Source: Candidatus Poribacteria bacterium
Lineage (GTDB): Bacteria; Poribacteria; WGA-4E; WGA-3G
Reading direction: 5' to 3'
Length of the DNA: 64,000 nucleotides
NCBI GenBank assembly: GCA_965205025.1
Contig: CBDBFU010000028.1
Location: 201,844-265,843, forward strand
The translations under genes and the position numbers were made by a program. Positions 28,510 to 38,189 of the stretch are shown here, piece after piece (within the stretch, counting starts at the first letter, position 1; each line of letters starts with the position of its first letter). The notes below the pieces were generated by a model. It did not search any database. It had not been told where the DNA came from and saw only the letters and a program-made list of their open reading frames with translations.

Positions 28510-29241
28510 TTAATGGTCTTTCAAACCACCCCAAGTCACAGCAAGTTTATCTTTAGGTTCAACTGAAAAGATATCAAATCCAGGTGTGGAAACGACAATA
28601 TTATCATATTGTGCGTGCTCTCCGGCACGATTACCACCACTCATCCTAAACCCAATTTTACCTTTGTCAAAGGCTTTGTTGGTATCTGTCCATTCGCTGA
28701 CAAGAGTAAGCTCATTTAGTTCTGCACCAACCTCACCGATAAATGCTTTAAAGTTATGACTGTTACGTATTTCAAATTTAACTCGATACCAAACATCCCT
28801 TTCACGATTCTTTTTATCCTCAAATGGTTTGGCATCTACTGCCCAACCGCCACCAACTCTTCTGTGCCATCTGATATGTTGAGGTGTGTGTCCTGACCCA
28901 GCTGTGGAGACCTGATGCATGTATATGTTATTTCCATCTTGTCCATGGAAAACAAATCCTGTCAGACCACCATCCATTGTTTTGAAATCTGCGTAATAGT
29001 CCAACTCCGCAGGAAAATCTTCTGTACTAAGACCAACACCGCCACCCCAAACATCAAGGACCTTCTTACCAAGAACATCATGCTCATCATTATTGTTCTC
29101 GATTAACCAACTACCTTGTGCTGTCCATTTGGCTTTGTCTATTTTCCCACTCTCAAAATCGTCTTGAAATAGAATCTCAGAATAACTTGTGCTGACACAT
29201 AATATGAGTGCCAGCAATATTACATACCGCATTATTATCAC
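28510..29241 (-). CDS. Tandem paralog of 27606-28328
   Basis: Long identical stretches (DVWGGGVGLS, NNIYMHQVST, SGHTPQHIRWHRRV, GKIGFRMSGG); tail SVEPKDKLAVTWGGLKDH. Confidence 0.65.
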   Translation of the reverse strand: MIIMRYVILLALILCVSTSYSEILFQDDFESGKIDKAKWTAQGSWLIENNNDEHDVLGKKVLDVWGGGVGLSTEDFPAELDYYADFKTMDGGLTGFVFHGQDGNNIYMHQVSTAGSGHTPQHIRWHRRVGGGWAVDAKPFEDKKNRERDVWYRVKFEIRNSHNFKAFIGEVGAELNELTLVSEWTDTNKAFDKGKIGFRMSGGNRAGEHAQYDNIVVSTPGFDIFSVEPKDKLAVTWGGLKDH

Positions 29242-29258
29242 CTCATTATAAAGTTTGA

Positions 29259-29975
29259 TTAGTATTTATTTGTTTTTATATGTCCCCAAACAGTTGTCAT
29301 TTTAGCTGTTGGATCAACTGCCATGGGATCACTACCACCATATATTTCTATTTCATCAATACGTGTACCAGCATTGGTTCGTATGTGAATACGAACCCAT
29401 CTTGCTTCCACATCGTCAAAGGTAAATTCTGTGGTTTTGCTAATGTTATCTCCTTTGTGTGTATACACCTTTTTCCATGTGCCAGCTTCGGAGTTTGGAT
29501 CTGCCTTCGCTGTAGCAACAAGGATATCAAAGTCCTTTGCCATTCTATCAAGAAATCCTTGTGAATGATCACTACCAAAATAGATTGTGTTTACATTTGC
29601 AACTGCCCCGATATCTATCTGTGCCCATCCAGGTAATGCACCAATAATCCAACTTCGACAGTTATTATAAAAACCATCATTAAGATATTCTATGCAGTGG
29701 CGTTGAGGACACCAACCATTTAATTGAGAAGATGCTTCTGGTTTGGCATCTTTCAATAATGCTAAATTCGGTTGTTTATCCCGAACAGTGGGAACATACT
29801 CAGGTCCAGGCTTACCACCGGCTTCACAGGCATCCGTTGCAGCTTTGATATCTTGCTCTTTGAATTCATAACTACCAAACTTTTCTGGTCCTTTATCCTC
29901 ATCGTGTACAGCATAGGCAATTGTTACACACATTATTGTTAGAATGACACTCAAATAATATAAAGCATGTTTCAT
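29259..29975 (-). CDS. Secreted discoidin (F5/8 type C)-like protein with conserved C-terminal tail
   Basis: Signal peptide; NLAL...ASS...LNDG...W...WAQIDIG...ARWVRI...IDEIEIYG; tail AVDPTAKMTTVWGHIK. Confidence 0.7.
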   Translation of the reverse strand: MKHALYYLSVILTIMCVTIAYAVHDEDKGPEKFGSYEFKEQDIKAATDACEAGGKPGPEYVPTVRDKQPNLALLKDAKPEASSQLNGWCPQRHCIEYLNDGFYNNCRSWIIGALPGWAQIDIGAVANVNTIYFGSDHSQGFLDRMAKDFDILVATAKADPNSEAGTWKKVYTHKGDNISKTTEFTFDDVEARWVRIHIRTNAGTRIDEIEIYGGSDPMAVDPTAKMTTVWGHIKTNKY

Positions 29976-30085
29976 TTTAGAATCCTCCTAATAGAAGATA
30001 TGTAATGGTCTGATTCAATTTAGAGTTACCAGATATATATTTATTGTGGAATGATTAACCACATTCTTGTTAAATATGGTTAATT

Positions 30086-31165
30086 TTACTCAACTCGGGG
30101 TTGTCTTGCTGACGGATTTCTATCTAAACGTATTTTTGAATTCTCAAGTGGTAATGGGATTCTGGCACCGTTATTAAGGTGTGATTCAATTATACCGAAG
30201 ATCAGTTCTGTGCTGGCGTATGCGCATCGAACGCCTCCTCGTGTAGGTTCACCTGTATCTAAGGAGTGAACGAGATCTTTAATCAAGTTTGCTGTACTAC
30301 TTTCTCGGGCAAATTCAGGGAACGTGTCTGGTACATTACATCCACGCCAACCGGGGACATCTTGCTGCTTACGTACATGCCACTGCCACCCATTGTTCCA
30401 ACAGGTTACTGTACCACCATCGCAAATTGCCTCCCATTCACTACCACGAGGAGTAAGTAATGCATGTGCAGTTACATCGTTCTCAAATTGAATTGTTCCA
30501 CCACCAGTTGGGTCAACTTGGAGTATATCACCGTCAAAAATCGAATTGCCTTGAGGGAGATAACCTGTAACCCAAGTTGCAGATACATCACTATTCAATC
30601 TTAAGATAAGATCAAGATGATGACTTGCAGAGTTGAATAGTGTACCATTTGAATAGATAATAAGAGTACGCAGCTTCCCCAATTCACCACTATCAATGAT
30701 CTCTTTCATCTTATCAAAACCATTTTCCCAACGTCTATTGGTGCCAAGATTGAAAGCTACGTTATTCTGTTCAACAGCAGAAACCATTGCTGCAGCTTCA
30801 TCCATTGAGGATGCCATAGCTTTTTCTGCATAAATTGCTTTTGCACCATGTTCTGCCACATATATGACAATTTCCGCTCGATGTTCTGGCTGTGTAGCAA
30901 CACTGACAATATCCGGGTTTTCTTTCTCAATCATCTCACGATAATCGGTATACTGATTTGCCTTTGGCACATTATATCTTTCGCCAAAATATTCCATTAC
31001 CTCAGGGCGTAAGTCTGAACAGGCAATCAGATCAGTGCGTTCTTCAGCAAAATAGCCTGCTGCATGAGAATATGGCAATTTAATCGCTTGATAATCCGGA
31101 ACTTCATTATCTATGAATGCTCCCATTCTACTACAACCAATAACGGCAGCACGATACGTTTTCAT
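30086..31165 (-). CDS. Gfo/Idh/MocA oxidoreductase
   Basis: AAVIGC.RMG, YTDYREMIEKENPDIVSVAT, AEKAMA; SD AAGGAG before ATG 31165. Confidence 0.88.
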   Translation of the reverse strand: MKTYRAAVIGCSRMGAFIDNEVPDYQAIKLPYSHAAGYFAEERTDLIACSDLRPEVMEYFGERYNVPKANQYTDYREMIEKENPDIVSVATQPEHRAEIVIYVAEHGAKAIYAEKAMASSMDEAAAMVSAVEQNNVAFNLGTNRRWENGFDKMKEIIDSGELGKLRTLIIYSNGTLFNSASHHLDLILRLNSDVSATWVTGYLPQGNSIFDGDILQVDPTGGGTIQFENDVTAHALLTPRGSEWEAICDGGTVTCWNNGWQWHVRKQQDVPGWRGCNVPDTFPEFARESSTANLIKDLVHSLDTGEPTRGGVRCAYASTELIFGIIESHLNNGARIPLPLENSKIRLDRNPSARQPRVE

Positions 31166-31289
31166 AACTTTTCTCCTTAATGCTATTAACAAACGAGAGT
31201 GTAATTAATTGTTAAAATCTCAGTATGAAATAACCAATTTTGGTATCGGTGTAATTCCTAAGTGTATCGGTTATCAATACAGAAATTAC

Positions 31290-31318
31290 GGTTCGGTTAG
31301 GAAACCGAACCTACCAGC
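31290..31318 (-). repeat. GTAG-type REP (family 1 variant with compensatory stem change)
   Basis: Minus strand GCTGGTAGGTTCGGTT-TCCT-AACCGAACC versus GCTGGTAGGTGCGGTT-TCCT-AACCGCAC at 17445-17472. Confidence 0.8.
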
Positions 31319-31428
31319 ACTGTGGAATGTTATATTGATGCTTATGCTCCATTTCCTAACCGTCATGATTTAGAAATAGAAATAACAGGGTAAATGCCAT
31401 ATTTCTCTTATAGTGAACTTATAAAAAA

Positions 31429-32421
31429 TTAGGATTCAACGAAATACTTGTTTGCAACCTTAGTTGCGAAATTCTTACCCATAACTCTATATCCCTCTGC
31501 ATCAGGATGTACATCATCAGGCAATAGTTCTATATATTCTGAACCGAAAATATCTAAACCGCTAACATAGTGAATATTCTCGTCACCATGCGAGACAAGT
31601 GCTTCCGCAGCAAATTGGACTTCTTCTCTCATTATCTGTAGATTAAAACCAACAGAATTCTTGTTTTCTTCTCTATTGGTTGCAAAAATAGGAGACATCA
31701 GGACAATTGGTATATCTGTATGTTTTTCACGGATAATCTCAACTGCACCAATGATAGCAGGACGGAAAGCACGAGGTCCTAAACTGGATGCTCCGAGAAT
31801 ATTTATACCAAGACACATAGAAATATAGTTTGCTGGTAAATCCCGTATCATTCTGATTATCATTGGGTCGAGATGGCACTGTCCACCATACCCCAAACAT
31901 GTAAGGTTGAAATTACACTCACGTGCTACAACTGCAGGCCAGGTCTGCGTGGGTGATGCTGCGGCTCTACACTGGGTAATAGAACTACCATAAGTTACCC
32001 AACGAGGACGTTTATCAAGAAACGGATCTAACGATGCACCATCATCAATATCTAAATGTTTCAATTGAAATCTACCGTATTGAGGTAACCATAATTCTAT
32101 TAACTTATCCTGATCAGATAAGTTATCAAATTTAAAATGATTTTCTCCTTTTAGGTCATAGGATGAAATAAATTCTCCGTCACAACATAAATCTATCATT
32201 CCAGTGTCACCTTGTTCAATGATGCTGCCTGAAATATGTGTAGTATTACTTCGTAAGCTAATTCTTACACCAGCAGGCATTGCAGAACGTTCCAATAAAG
32301 GCTTTGGAAAAAGGACATGTTCTTCGTGAGGAGTTCTCCACGGCATCAGCGAATTGTCTACCCTCTCAATAGAGACAACTCCCTGCCAATTTACATGTGG
32401 TGCATCAGGTTTCACCTGCAT
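31429..32421 (-). CDS. SGNH/GDSL hydrolase
   Basis: YGSSITQ, LGYGG.C.LDP, LGIN, D.VHP..EGY. Confidence 0.88.
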   Translation of the reverse strand: MQVKPDAPHVNWQGVVSIERVDNSLMPWRTPHEEHVLFPKPLLERSAMPAGVRISLRSNTTHISGSIIEQGDTGMIDLCCDGEFISSYDLKGENHFKFDNLSDQDKLIELWLPQYGRFQLKHLDIDDGASLDPFLDKRPRWVTYGSSITQCRAAASPTQTWPAVVARECNFNLTCLGYGGQCHLDPMIIRMIRDLPANYISMCLGINILGASSLGPRAFRPAIIGAVEIIREKHTDIPIVLMSPIFATNREENKNSVGFNLQIMREEVQFAAEALVSHGDENIHYVSGLDIFGSEYIELLPDDVHPDAEGYRVMGKNFATKVANKYFVES

Positions 32422-32452
32422 TATGTATGTTCTCCTTTATGTTTTGTGTTAA

Positions 32453-33298
32453 CTACAGATTATCAACAACTGCTCGTAGTTGACGAATACCATCTAACAT
32501 CTGTTCTGGATTTCCCCAATGTTCAATACTTGCTGCCCCAGTAAATCCATCATCTATCAGTGTTTTCAACAACTGTTCGTATGTCAAGTTTGTGTCACGA
32601 ATTGGATCCAAGTTCTTCTCACGATTTGGTTTCACATGAACATGTCTAACGAGACCTTTAATGAATGAATAACCATCCGGTAAAGGGTTTTCTCCGCAAT
32701 GTATGCCGTTATTCACATCCCAACATGATGTAAGAGCAGGACTATTGCCAAGTGCATCAATAACTGTACGTGTTTCCTCACATGTACCGGCGAGTGTGGC
32801 ATCTTCATTCTCGAATGAAAGCGTTACATTTGCACTTTCAGCTTTTGGAACCACAGGTGAGAGCTTTTCTACAATCAGATCAATATAGTCGTTTATATCT
32901 GGTCTTGAAGTTTCTTTCATTTTGCGATTAGGATTCCAGAATGCAAATCCTCGGATAATCTGTGTATCAAATTCATGTGCTAATTCGACCATTCTATCGA
33001 AATGCTGCAGGTGCTTTTCATATTCTTCAGGATTATCAATAGAACATTTCCCAAAGGGTGAACCTATACTCGCAACACGGACATTGTATTCATTTAATAC
33101 GTCTTGAGCACGTTTTACATCATCATCGTCGATTTCGGTTACATGTTTACCCCAAACACCTCCACGGACTTCAACAGTGTTGGCACCAGCTTCGACACCA
33201 AGTTTAATGGCTTCCTCGAAATCATCCCTGGAAACTTCATCAGCGAAAAAACAAACGTCTATCATTTTTACATTTCTGCGGGTTCCCATTAATTTCAT
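32453..33298 (-). CDS. Sugar phosphate isomerase/epimerase (TIM barrel)
   Basis: FADE, IGSPFGK, FENE, WD..N, HVHVK, SIE. True start may be ATG 33265. Confidence 0.85.
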   Translation of the reverse strand: MKLMGTRRNVKMIDVCFFADEVSRDDFEEAIKLGVEAGANTVEVRGGVWGKHVTEIDDDDVKRAQDVLNEYNVRVASIGSPFGKCSIDNPEEYEKHLQHFDRMVELAHEFDTQIIRGFAFWNPNRKMKETSRPDINDYIDLIVEKLSPVVPKAESANVTLSFENEDATLAGTCEETRTVIDALGNSPALTSCWDVNNGIHCGENPLPDGYSFIKGLVRHVHVKPNREKNLDPIRDTNLTYEQLLKTLIDDGFTGAASIEHWGNPEQMLDGIRQLRAVVDNL

Positions 33299-33373
33299 CT
33301 ATGTTAGTGATATTCGAAACGGTGTTTACATGGAATGAAACTATTGGGAATGCAGACTCCTTTCTAAAACTAT

Positions 33374-33586
33374 CTAATATACAAATAGAAGAACTAAACT
33401 TATTACTGCCAAGATTAAAGCTGAAATGGAAAAATCGTCTGATTTCCCGATGAGTCCAAATATACCTGAGGTAATGATGTAAAGACTTGTAAGAAATATA
33501 ATTAGAAAAGATATATCAAGACTGCTACGTTTATGATATAGTAAATAAATCTCTATTGCAGCAATAAATAATCCTAACCCTATCAA
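33374..33586 (-). CDS. Small hydrophobic membrane protein (start uncertain)
   Basis: Three hydrophobic stretches. The frame stays open upstream to about 33655, where AGGAG precedes ATA codons. Confidence 0.4.
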   Translation of the reverse strand: MIGLGLFIAAIEIYLLYHKRSSLDISFLIIFLTSLYIITSGIFGLIGKSDDFSISALILAVISLVLLFVY

Positions 33587-33676
33587 AATAACATTAGTTC
33601 CACGAAGTATCCATTTTCCACTTGACTTAATGGTAATTGGTTTCTTATAAAATATTATATTACTCCTATTAAAATT

Positions 33677-35353
33677 TTAAAATTGCTGAATAAGTGGAAT
33701 TAGTTTAGACATAACCTCAAGTGGTGTGTCTTTATCAGAGAGAATTGATCTAAAGACCGCTTCATTATCTTTGACAACAATCCATGCCAGAACTCGGGAT
33801 GTTTCTTCAACTTCTTTAACGTCATCTTGTAATTGCAGAGGATTTTCAACCATTTCTAATAAACTTAGTAAATCAAAGTGCAATACTACGAGTGGGTTTT
33901 TTGGGATTCCTTTAAGATATGTTAATTTCTTTTTATTTTCAATTCTATCAAGAATAGATAAAATCTGGTTCTCAGAAAAGCTTAATATCGATACACTATC
34001 TTTTTTGGCAAAATGTATGTTTGATGCAAACCTTGATACCTTGGTACCATTATATTCGGTTTTTGAGACTGAGATATTTTGTAAGTTAGAAAGACTGTTT
34101 TGTATTTGATTCCATTTGTTTAAATTACTGGGTATATAGATTAAACCACCATTAGTTTCGACATTTGATGCATCTATTGTAAAGGAGTTTACTGACTCCA
34201 ATTCCAGACTCTCAATTGAACTTGGTTCAAATTCTTGGAAATCATCTACGGAAATAGCATATTCTCCTGTAAGTCCAGAAATAATATCGTTGTTTAGATC
34301 AAGGTTCAATAATCCCTCAATGTAAGTAATAAAGTCATAGGTGTCTTGATTAGCATTATTTTCAATCTCATTTTCTAAAATCTGCCAAAGCGTCTTTACT
34401 ATACTGGGTGAAACTGCAATAAACAGGTCTTCATCACCTGATATTCTGTTTATGGATTCTAATTCTGTACCTTCTGTCAGAAACTTAGAAATATAGTTAT
34501 CGGGTAAATTTGGGTTAAATTCAGTGTGAAGTTGTATGAGTCGGTGTCCTTCAAGAAGATTTAGATTTACAAAAAGTGTATTAAATGTGTTAAGTTGTTC
34601 TTGCAGATCTTCAGACAACTCACCTATATTAGGTAGTACTTCAGGGGTATACATAAATATAGAAAACTGCCCATCACCATATTTCTTTTCTGCTTTTGTA
34701 TATGCGTTATTTTTCTTTATTGATGGTCTCTTCTTGCGGTAGGTATCAATGAGTGTCTCAATACTATTCTCTCCAATACCAACAACAAGAAACTCACTTA
34801 CAAATCCAAATGTGATGAATATTTCGGGGAACTGTAGCGAACCATATTTTACTTTATCATGTTCTCCAGCATTGAGTGTGAATGTTGCTCCAGATGTTCC
34901 CATCATACCAGTTACAATTTTTGTCATTTTCTGAAGGGTAGTAAGATTCCCCCCACTATGAATAACTATACCACCTTTTATTTCTTCTGGATTTAAATCC
35001 CAGAACGTTATTCCAGAACGGTAACCTATAGTATCAATAATTGTTGCTGGATCCGTCATTAACAATGTCTGAATAAATAAAATAAGTTCTTGCAAGTCCT
35101 GTAAATCATCTTCAGGAATTAGATTATTAATGGCATTGTCCCAACTTTCTGATATCTGAATTTCTGTATATATTTCATCAATATCCTTGAGTTGTAGGTA
35201 AAGTATACTATCTATAGGCATGAAATCTGTTATCTGGGCTGCATCAACAGTAATATTTGTAAAGAGAATGGTTAAAATTACCAGAACAATAAAAATACCG
35301 AAATGAGAACTGGGTAAATTAGCAAATAATTGACTTTTATTTATATTTTTCAT
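33677..35353 (-). CDS. Exported hypothetical protein (DUF3352-like)
   Basis: N-terminal hydrophobic segment; long soluble ORF with 'LNLDLNNDIISGLTGEYAI' pattern. Confidence 0.5.
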   Translation of the reverse strand: MKNINKSQLFANLPSSHFGIFIVLVILTILFTNITVDAAQITDFMPIDSILYLQLKDIDEIYTEIQISESWDNAINNLIPEDDLQDLQELILFIQTLLMTDPATIIDTIGYRSGITFWDLNPEEIKGGIVIHSGGNLTTLQKMTKIVTGMMGTSGATFTLNAGEHDKVKYGSLQFPEIFITFGFVSEFLVVGIGENSIETLIDTYRKKRPSIKKNNAYTKAEKKYGDGQFSIFMYTPEVLPNIGELSEDLQEQLNTFNTLFVNLNLLEGHRLIQLHTEFNPNLPDNYISKFLTEGTELESINRISGDEDLFIAVSPSIVKTLWQILENEIENNANQDTYDFITYIEGLLNLDLNNDIISGLTGEYAISVDDFQEFEPSSIESLELESVNSFTIDASNVETNGGLIYIPSNLNKWNQIQNSLSNLQNISVSKTEYNGTKVSRFASNIHFAKKDSVSILSFSENQILSILDRIENKKKLTYLKGIPKNPLVVLHFDLLSLLEMVENPLQLQDDVKEVEETSRVLAWIVVKDNEAVFRSILSDKDTPLEVMSKLIPLIQQF

Positions 35354-35401
35354 TTTATATTTTATTCTTTGTTATGTTCTAACATCTAATTTGGTGATTT
35401 T

Positions 35402-37117
35402 CTAAGGAACACGTATGTCTTCAACTAAGGCTTGAACTTCATCGGGTGGTGGTGGCGTAAATCCAGAAACTATGAATGCTGTAATGAAGTTCAGGACCAT
35501 GCCAAGTGTACCAATACCTTCAGGAGATATTCCAAATAACCATTTATCGGATATATTCATACTATCAGGTAGGTAAAGAGGTAGTATAAATTTGAAATAG
35601 ATGATGTAAGCTGCAGTAAATGTTATTCCTACAATCATACCGCTAATTGCCCCTGCTTTGTTCATACGTTTTGAGAATATCCCTAACACAATTGCTGGAA
35701 AAAATGAACTTGCAGCAAGACCAAATGCAAAAGCAACGACCTCCCCTACAAAACCGGGTGGATCAATTCCAAAATAACCAGCAATACAGACGGCTACACC
35801 GGATGCAATACGAGCTGCGGCCAATTCCTGTTTCTCTGATAGACTCGGTATTACACATCCTTTTAGTAAGTCATGAGCGATAGCAGTTGATATAACTAAT
35901 AATAATCCTGCGGCGGTTGAAAGTGCTGCAGCCAAACCACCTGCAGCAACTAACCCTACAATCCAATTCGGCAGTTTCGCTATTTCAGGATTTGCCAATA
36001 CCATGATGTCTCTATCAATTTCTAATTCATTCTCTATATCAGATTCTTCTCCCCTATATTGTATGGTACCATCGTTATTATGGTCAGTGAACTTAATTAA
36101 ATCAGTTTTTTCCCAATTCTTAAACCATTCTGGTACATCATCATATTTAACATCTACTAATTGCCCATTTTCTTGTTCTGTGGTTACTGTCTTTAGTAAG
36201 TTTGTTCTTGCGAAAATTGCGACTGCAGGCGCAGTTGTGTAGAGAAGAGCAATAAATAGAAGTGCCCAACCTGCAGAAATACGTGCTTCAGATGCTTTAC
36301 GAACAGTATAGAAACGTATAATTACATGAGGGAGTCCTGCTGTACCTAACATCAAAGCAGCAGTAAAGCAAATTACATCTATCTTGGATTTACTTCCATC
36401 TGTATACTTATCAAACCCAAGTGCTTCATTCAATCCGTTAAGCCTATCCAACAAGTACATGCCAGATCCATCATTCACTTTTGCCCCTAACCCCAGGTGT
36501 GGAATAGGATTATCAGTAATCAGAATTGAGATGAAAATAGCAGGTACCATGAAGGCAAAAATGAGGACACAATATTGGGCAACCTGTGTGTATGTAATGC
36601 CTTTCATTCCGCCAAGCACAGCATAGAAGAATACGATCCCCATACCGATGATAACACCAATCGTTATATCTACATTAAGGAATCGCGAAAAGACGATGCC
36701 TACACCTCGCATCTGTCCGGATACATACGTGAAGGAGACAAAGACTGCACAGATAACAGCAACTATACGTGCTACTTGGGAATAGTATCGATCCCCTACG
36801 AAATCTGGAACTGTATATTTACCAAATTTCCTTAGGTACGGTGCTAATAGTAATGCTAATAGGACATATCCTCCTGTCCATCCGAGAAGATATACAGAAC
36901 CATCTCGACCCATAAAGGAGATGAGTCCAGCCATCGAAATAAAGGATGCAGCACTCATCCAATCTGCAGCTGTAGCAAGACCATTTACAACAGGATTTAC
37001 ATTACTACCAGCGACATAAAAATCTCCTGTTGAACGCGCACGAGACCAAATTGCTACACCAATATATATGGCGAATGAGAGTCCAACCATTACAAATGTC
37101 CAAGCTTGTACATTCAT
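35402..37117 (-). CDS. actP: Sodium:solute symporter, cation/acetate symporter ActP-like
   Basis: NGLATAADWMSAASF, TVPDFVGDRY, GTAGLPHVIIRFYTV, AGGLAAALST. Confidence 0.88.
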   Translation of the reverse strand: MNVQAWTFVMVGLSFAIYIGVAIWSRARSTGDFYVAGSNVNPVVNGLATAADWMSAASFISMAGLISFMGRDGSVYLLGWTGGYVLLALLLAPYLRKFGKYTVPDFVGDRYYSQVARIVAVICAVFVSFTYVSGQMRGVGIVFSRFLNVDITIGVIIGMGIVFFYAVLGGMKGITYTQVAQYCVLIFAFMVPAIFISILITDNPIPHLGLGAKVNDGSGMYLLDRLNGLNEALGFDKYTDGSKSKIDVICFTAALMLGTAGLPHVIIRFYTVRKASEARISAGWALLFIALLYTTAPAVAIFARTNLLKTVTTEQENGQLVDVKYDDVPEWFKNWEKTDLIKFTDHNNDGTIQYRGEESDIENELEIDRDIMVLANPEIAKLPNWIVGLVAAGGLAAALSTAAGLLLVISTAIAHDLLKGCVIPSLSEKQELAAARIASGVAVCIAGYFGIDPPGFVGEVVAFAFGLAASSFFPAIVLGIFSKRMNKAGAISGMIVGITFTAAYIIYFKFILPLYLPDSMNISDKWLFGISPEGIGTLGMVLNFITAFIVSGFTPPPPDEVQALVEDIRVP

Positions 37118-37119
37118 AA

Positions 37120-37395
37120 TTATTCTGACTCTCCCTGTTCATCCTCAACACGATACTTCTTATCTAATCTGTTCATCAACCATGCATATATGAATATAAT
37201 TTCTACGAATATCCAAATTGATGCTTGTTGCGCAAAATAAAATCCAAGACGGAAACCCCAAAATTGAATTTTGTCCAATTGTTCAACAAATACTATAGAA
37301 CAGAGGATGGATGTAGTAAACCATATACTCAGTAGAATCGCGAGGTATTGTAGATTTTTGCGCCAATATAACTTGGAGTTATCCGATTTGTTCAC
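37120..37395 (-). CDS. SSS small subunit (DUF4212 family)
   Basis: YWRKNL...GF.LGFYFAQQ; adjacent to the symporter; GTG start after GGAGG. Confidence 0.85.
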   Translation of the reverse strand: MNKSDNSKLYWRKNLQYLAILLSIWFTTSILCSIVFVEQLDKIQFWGFRLGFYFAQQASIWIFVEIIFIYAWLMNRLDKKYRVEDEQGESE

Positions 37396-37473
37396 AAACT
37401 AACCTCCCTGAGGTAAGAGACTTTGGCGAAAATTGAAGGGTATACAGCATAATACCAGTAAACGCTTAGATTG

Positions 37474-38061
37474 TCAATAATTCTCAGGGAACATCAGTCG
37501 TTCTATATGTTCTATAAGAATGTGGATTACCTTAATATGGATTTCCTGGATTCTATCAGCAGTATTCCCAGGGGCAATTATGGCTCTATCACAATACTGT
37601 TTCACTTTTCCACCATCTTTACCGAGTAAACCGATAACCTGCATATTCAGTGTTTTTGCTGTCTCTGCTGCACGGATAATATTCGTAGAATTCCCACTGG
37701 TTGAGATGACAATTAACATGTCTTCTGATTGACCAAAAGCCTGAACTTGCCTTGAAAAAACTTCATCGAACCCAAAGTCATTAGCAATGCATGTAAGATT
37801 CCCCGGATCACTGAAGGCTATGGCAGGTAAAGGAATCCTATTATTACGGAATTTTCCCGTGCATTCCTCTGCAAAATGGATAGCATCACACATACTTCCA
37901 CCATTCCCACAAGCATATACTTTCCCGCCATTATCAAATATCTCTTTTATATCAGTAGCCATATCTGAAATGGTAGTCAAATTGTTATGATCATGTAGGA
38001 ATTGATTGAGTAACTCTTGTGCATCCAGTAATGCGTTTCGGATGCTATCTATCATTTCCAT
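37474..38061 (-). CDS. gmhA: Phosphoheptose isomerase
   Basis: CGNGGS.CDA.HFAEE, ANDFGF..VFSRQ, ISTSGNS.N, ADRIQEIH. Confidence 0.95.
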   Translation of the reverse strand: MEMIDSIRNALLDAQELLNQFLHDHNNLTTISDMATDIKEIFDNGGKVYACGNGGSMCDAIHFAEECTGKFRNNRIPLPAIAFSDPGNLTCIANDFGFDEVFSRQVQAFGQSEDMLIVISTSGNSTNIIRAAETAKTLNMQVIGLLGKDGGKVKQYCDRAIIAPGNTADRIQEIHIKVIHILIEHIERLMFPENY

Positions 38062-38068
38062 TGTTCCT

Positions 38069-38097
38069 TCTTCTGTAGGAGTGGATTCCGAACCCGA
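38069..38097 (+). repeat. GTAG-type REP (family 3) next to the gmhA SD
   Basis: TCTTCTGTAGGAGTGGATTCCGAACCCGA matches the reverse complement of 19061-19090. Confidence 0.65.
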
Positions 38098-38189
38098 ATC
38101 TTCAACATCCTATTCCTACCCCTTGGATAGTGTATATCCTCATTTATATATAAATAACATAAGAAAAATATGTATATTGCCATAAAAGT

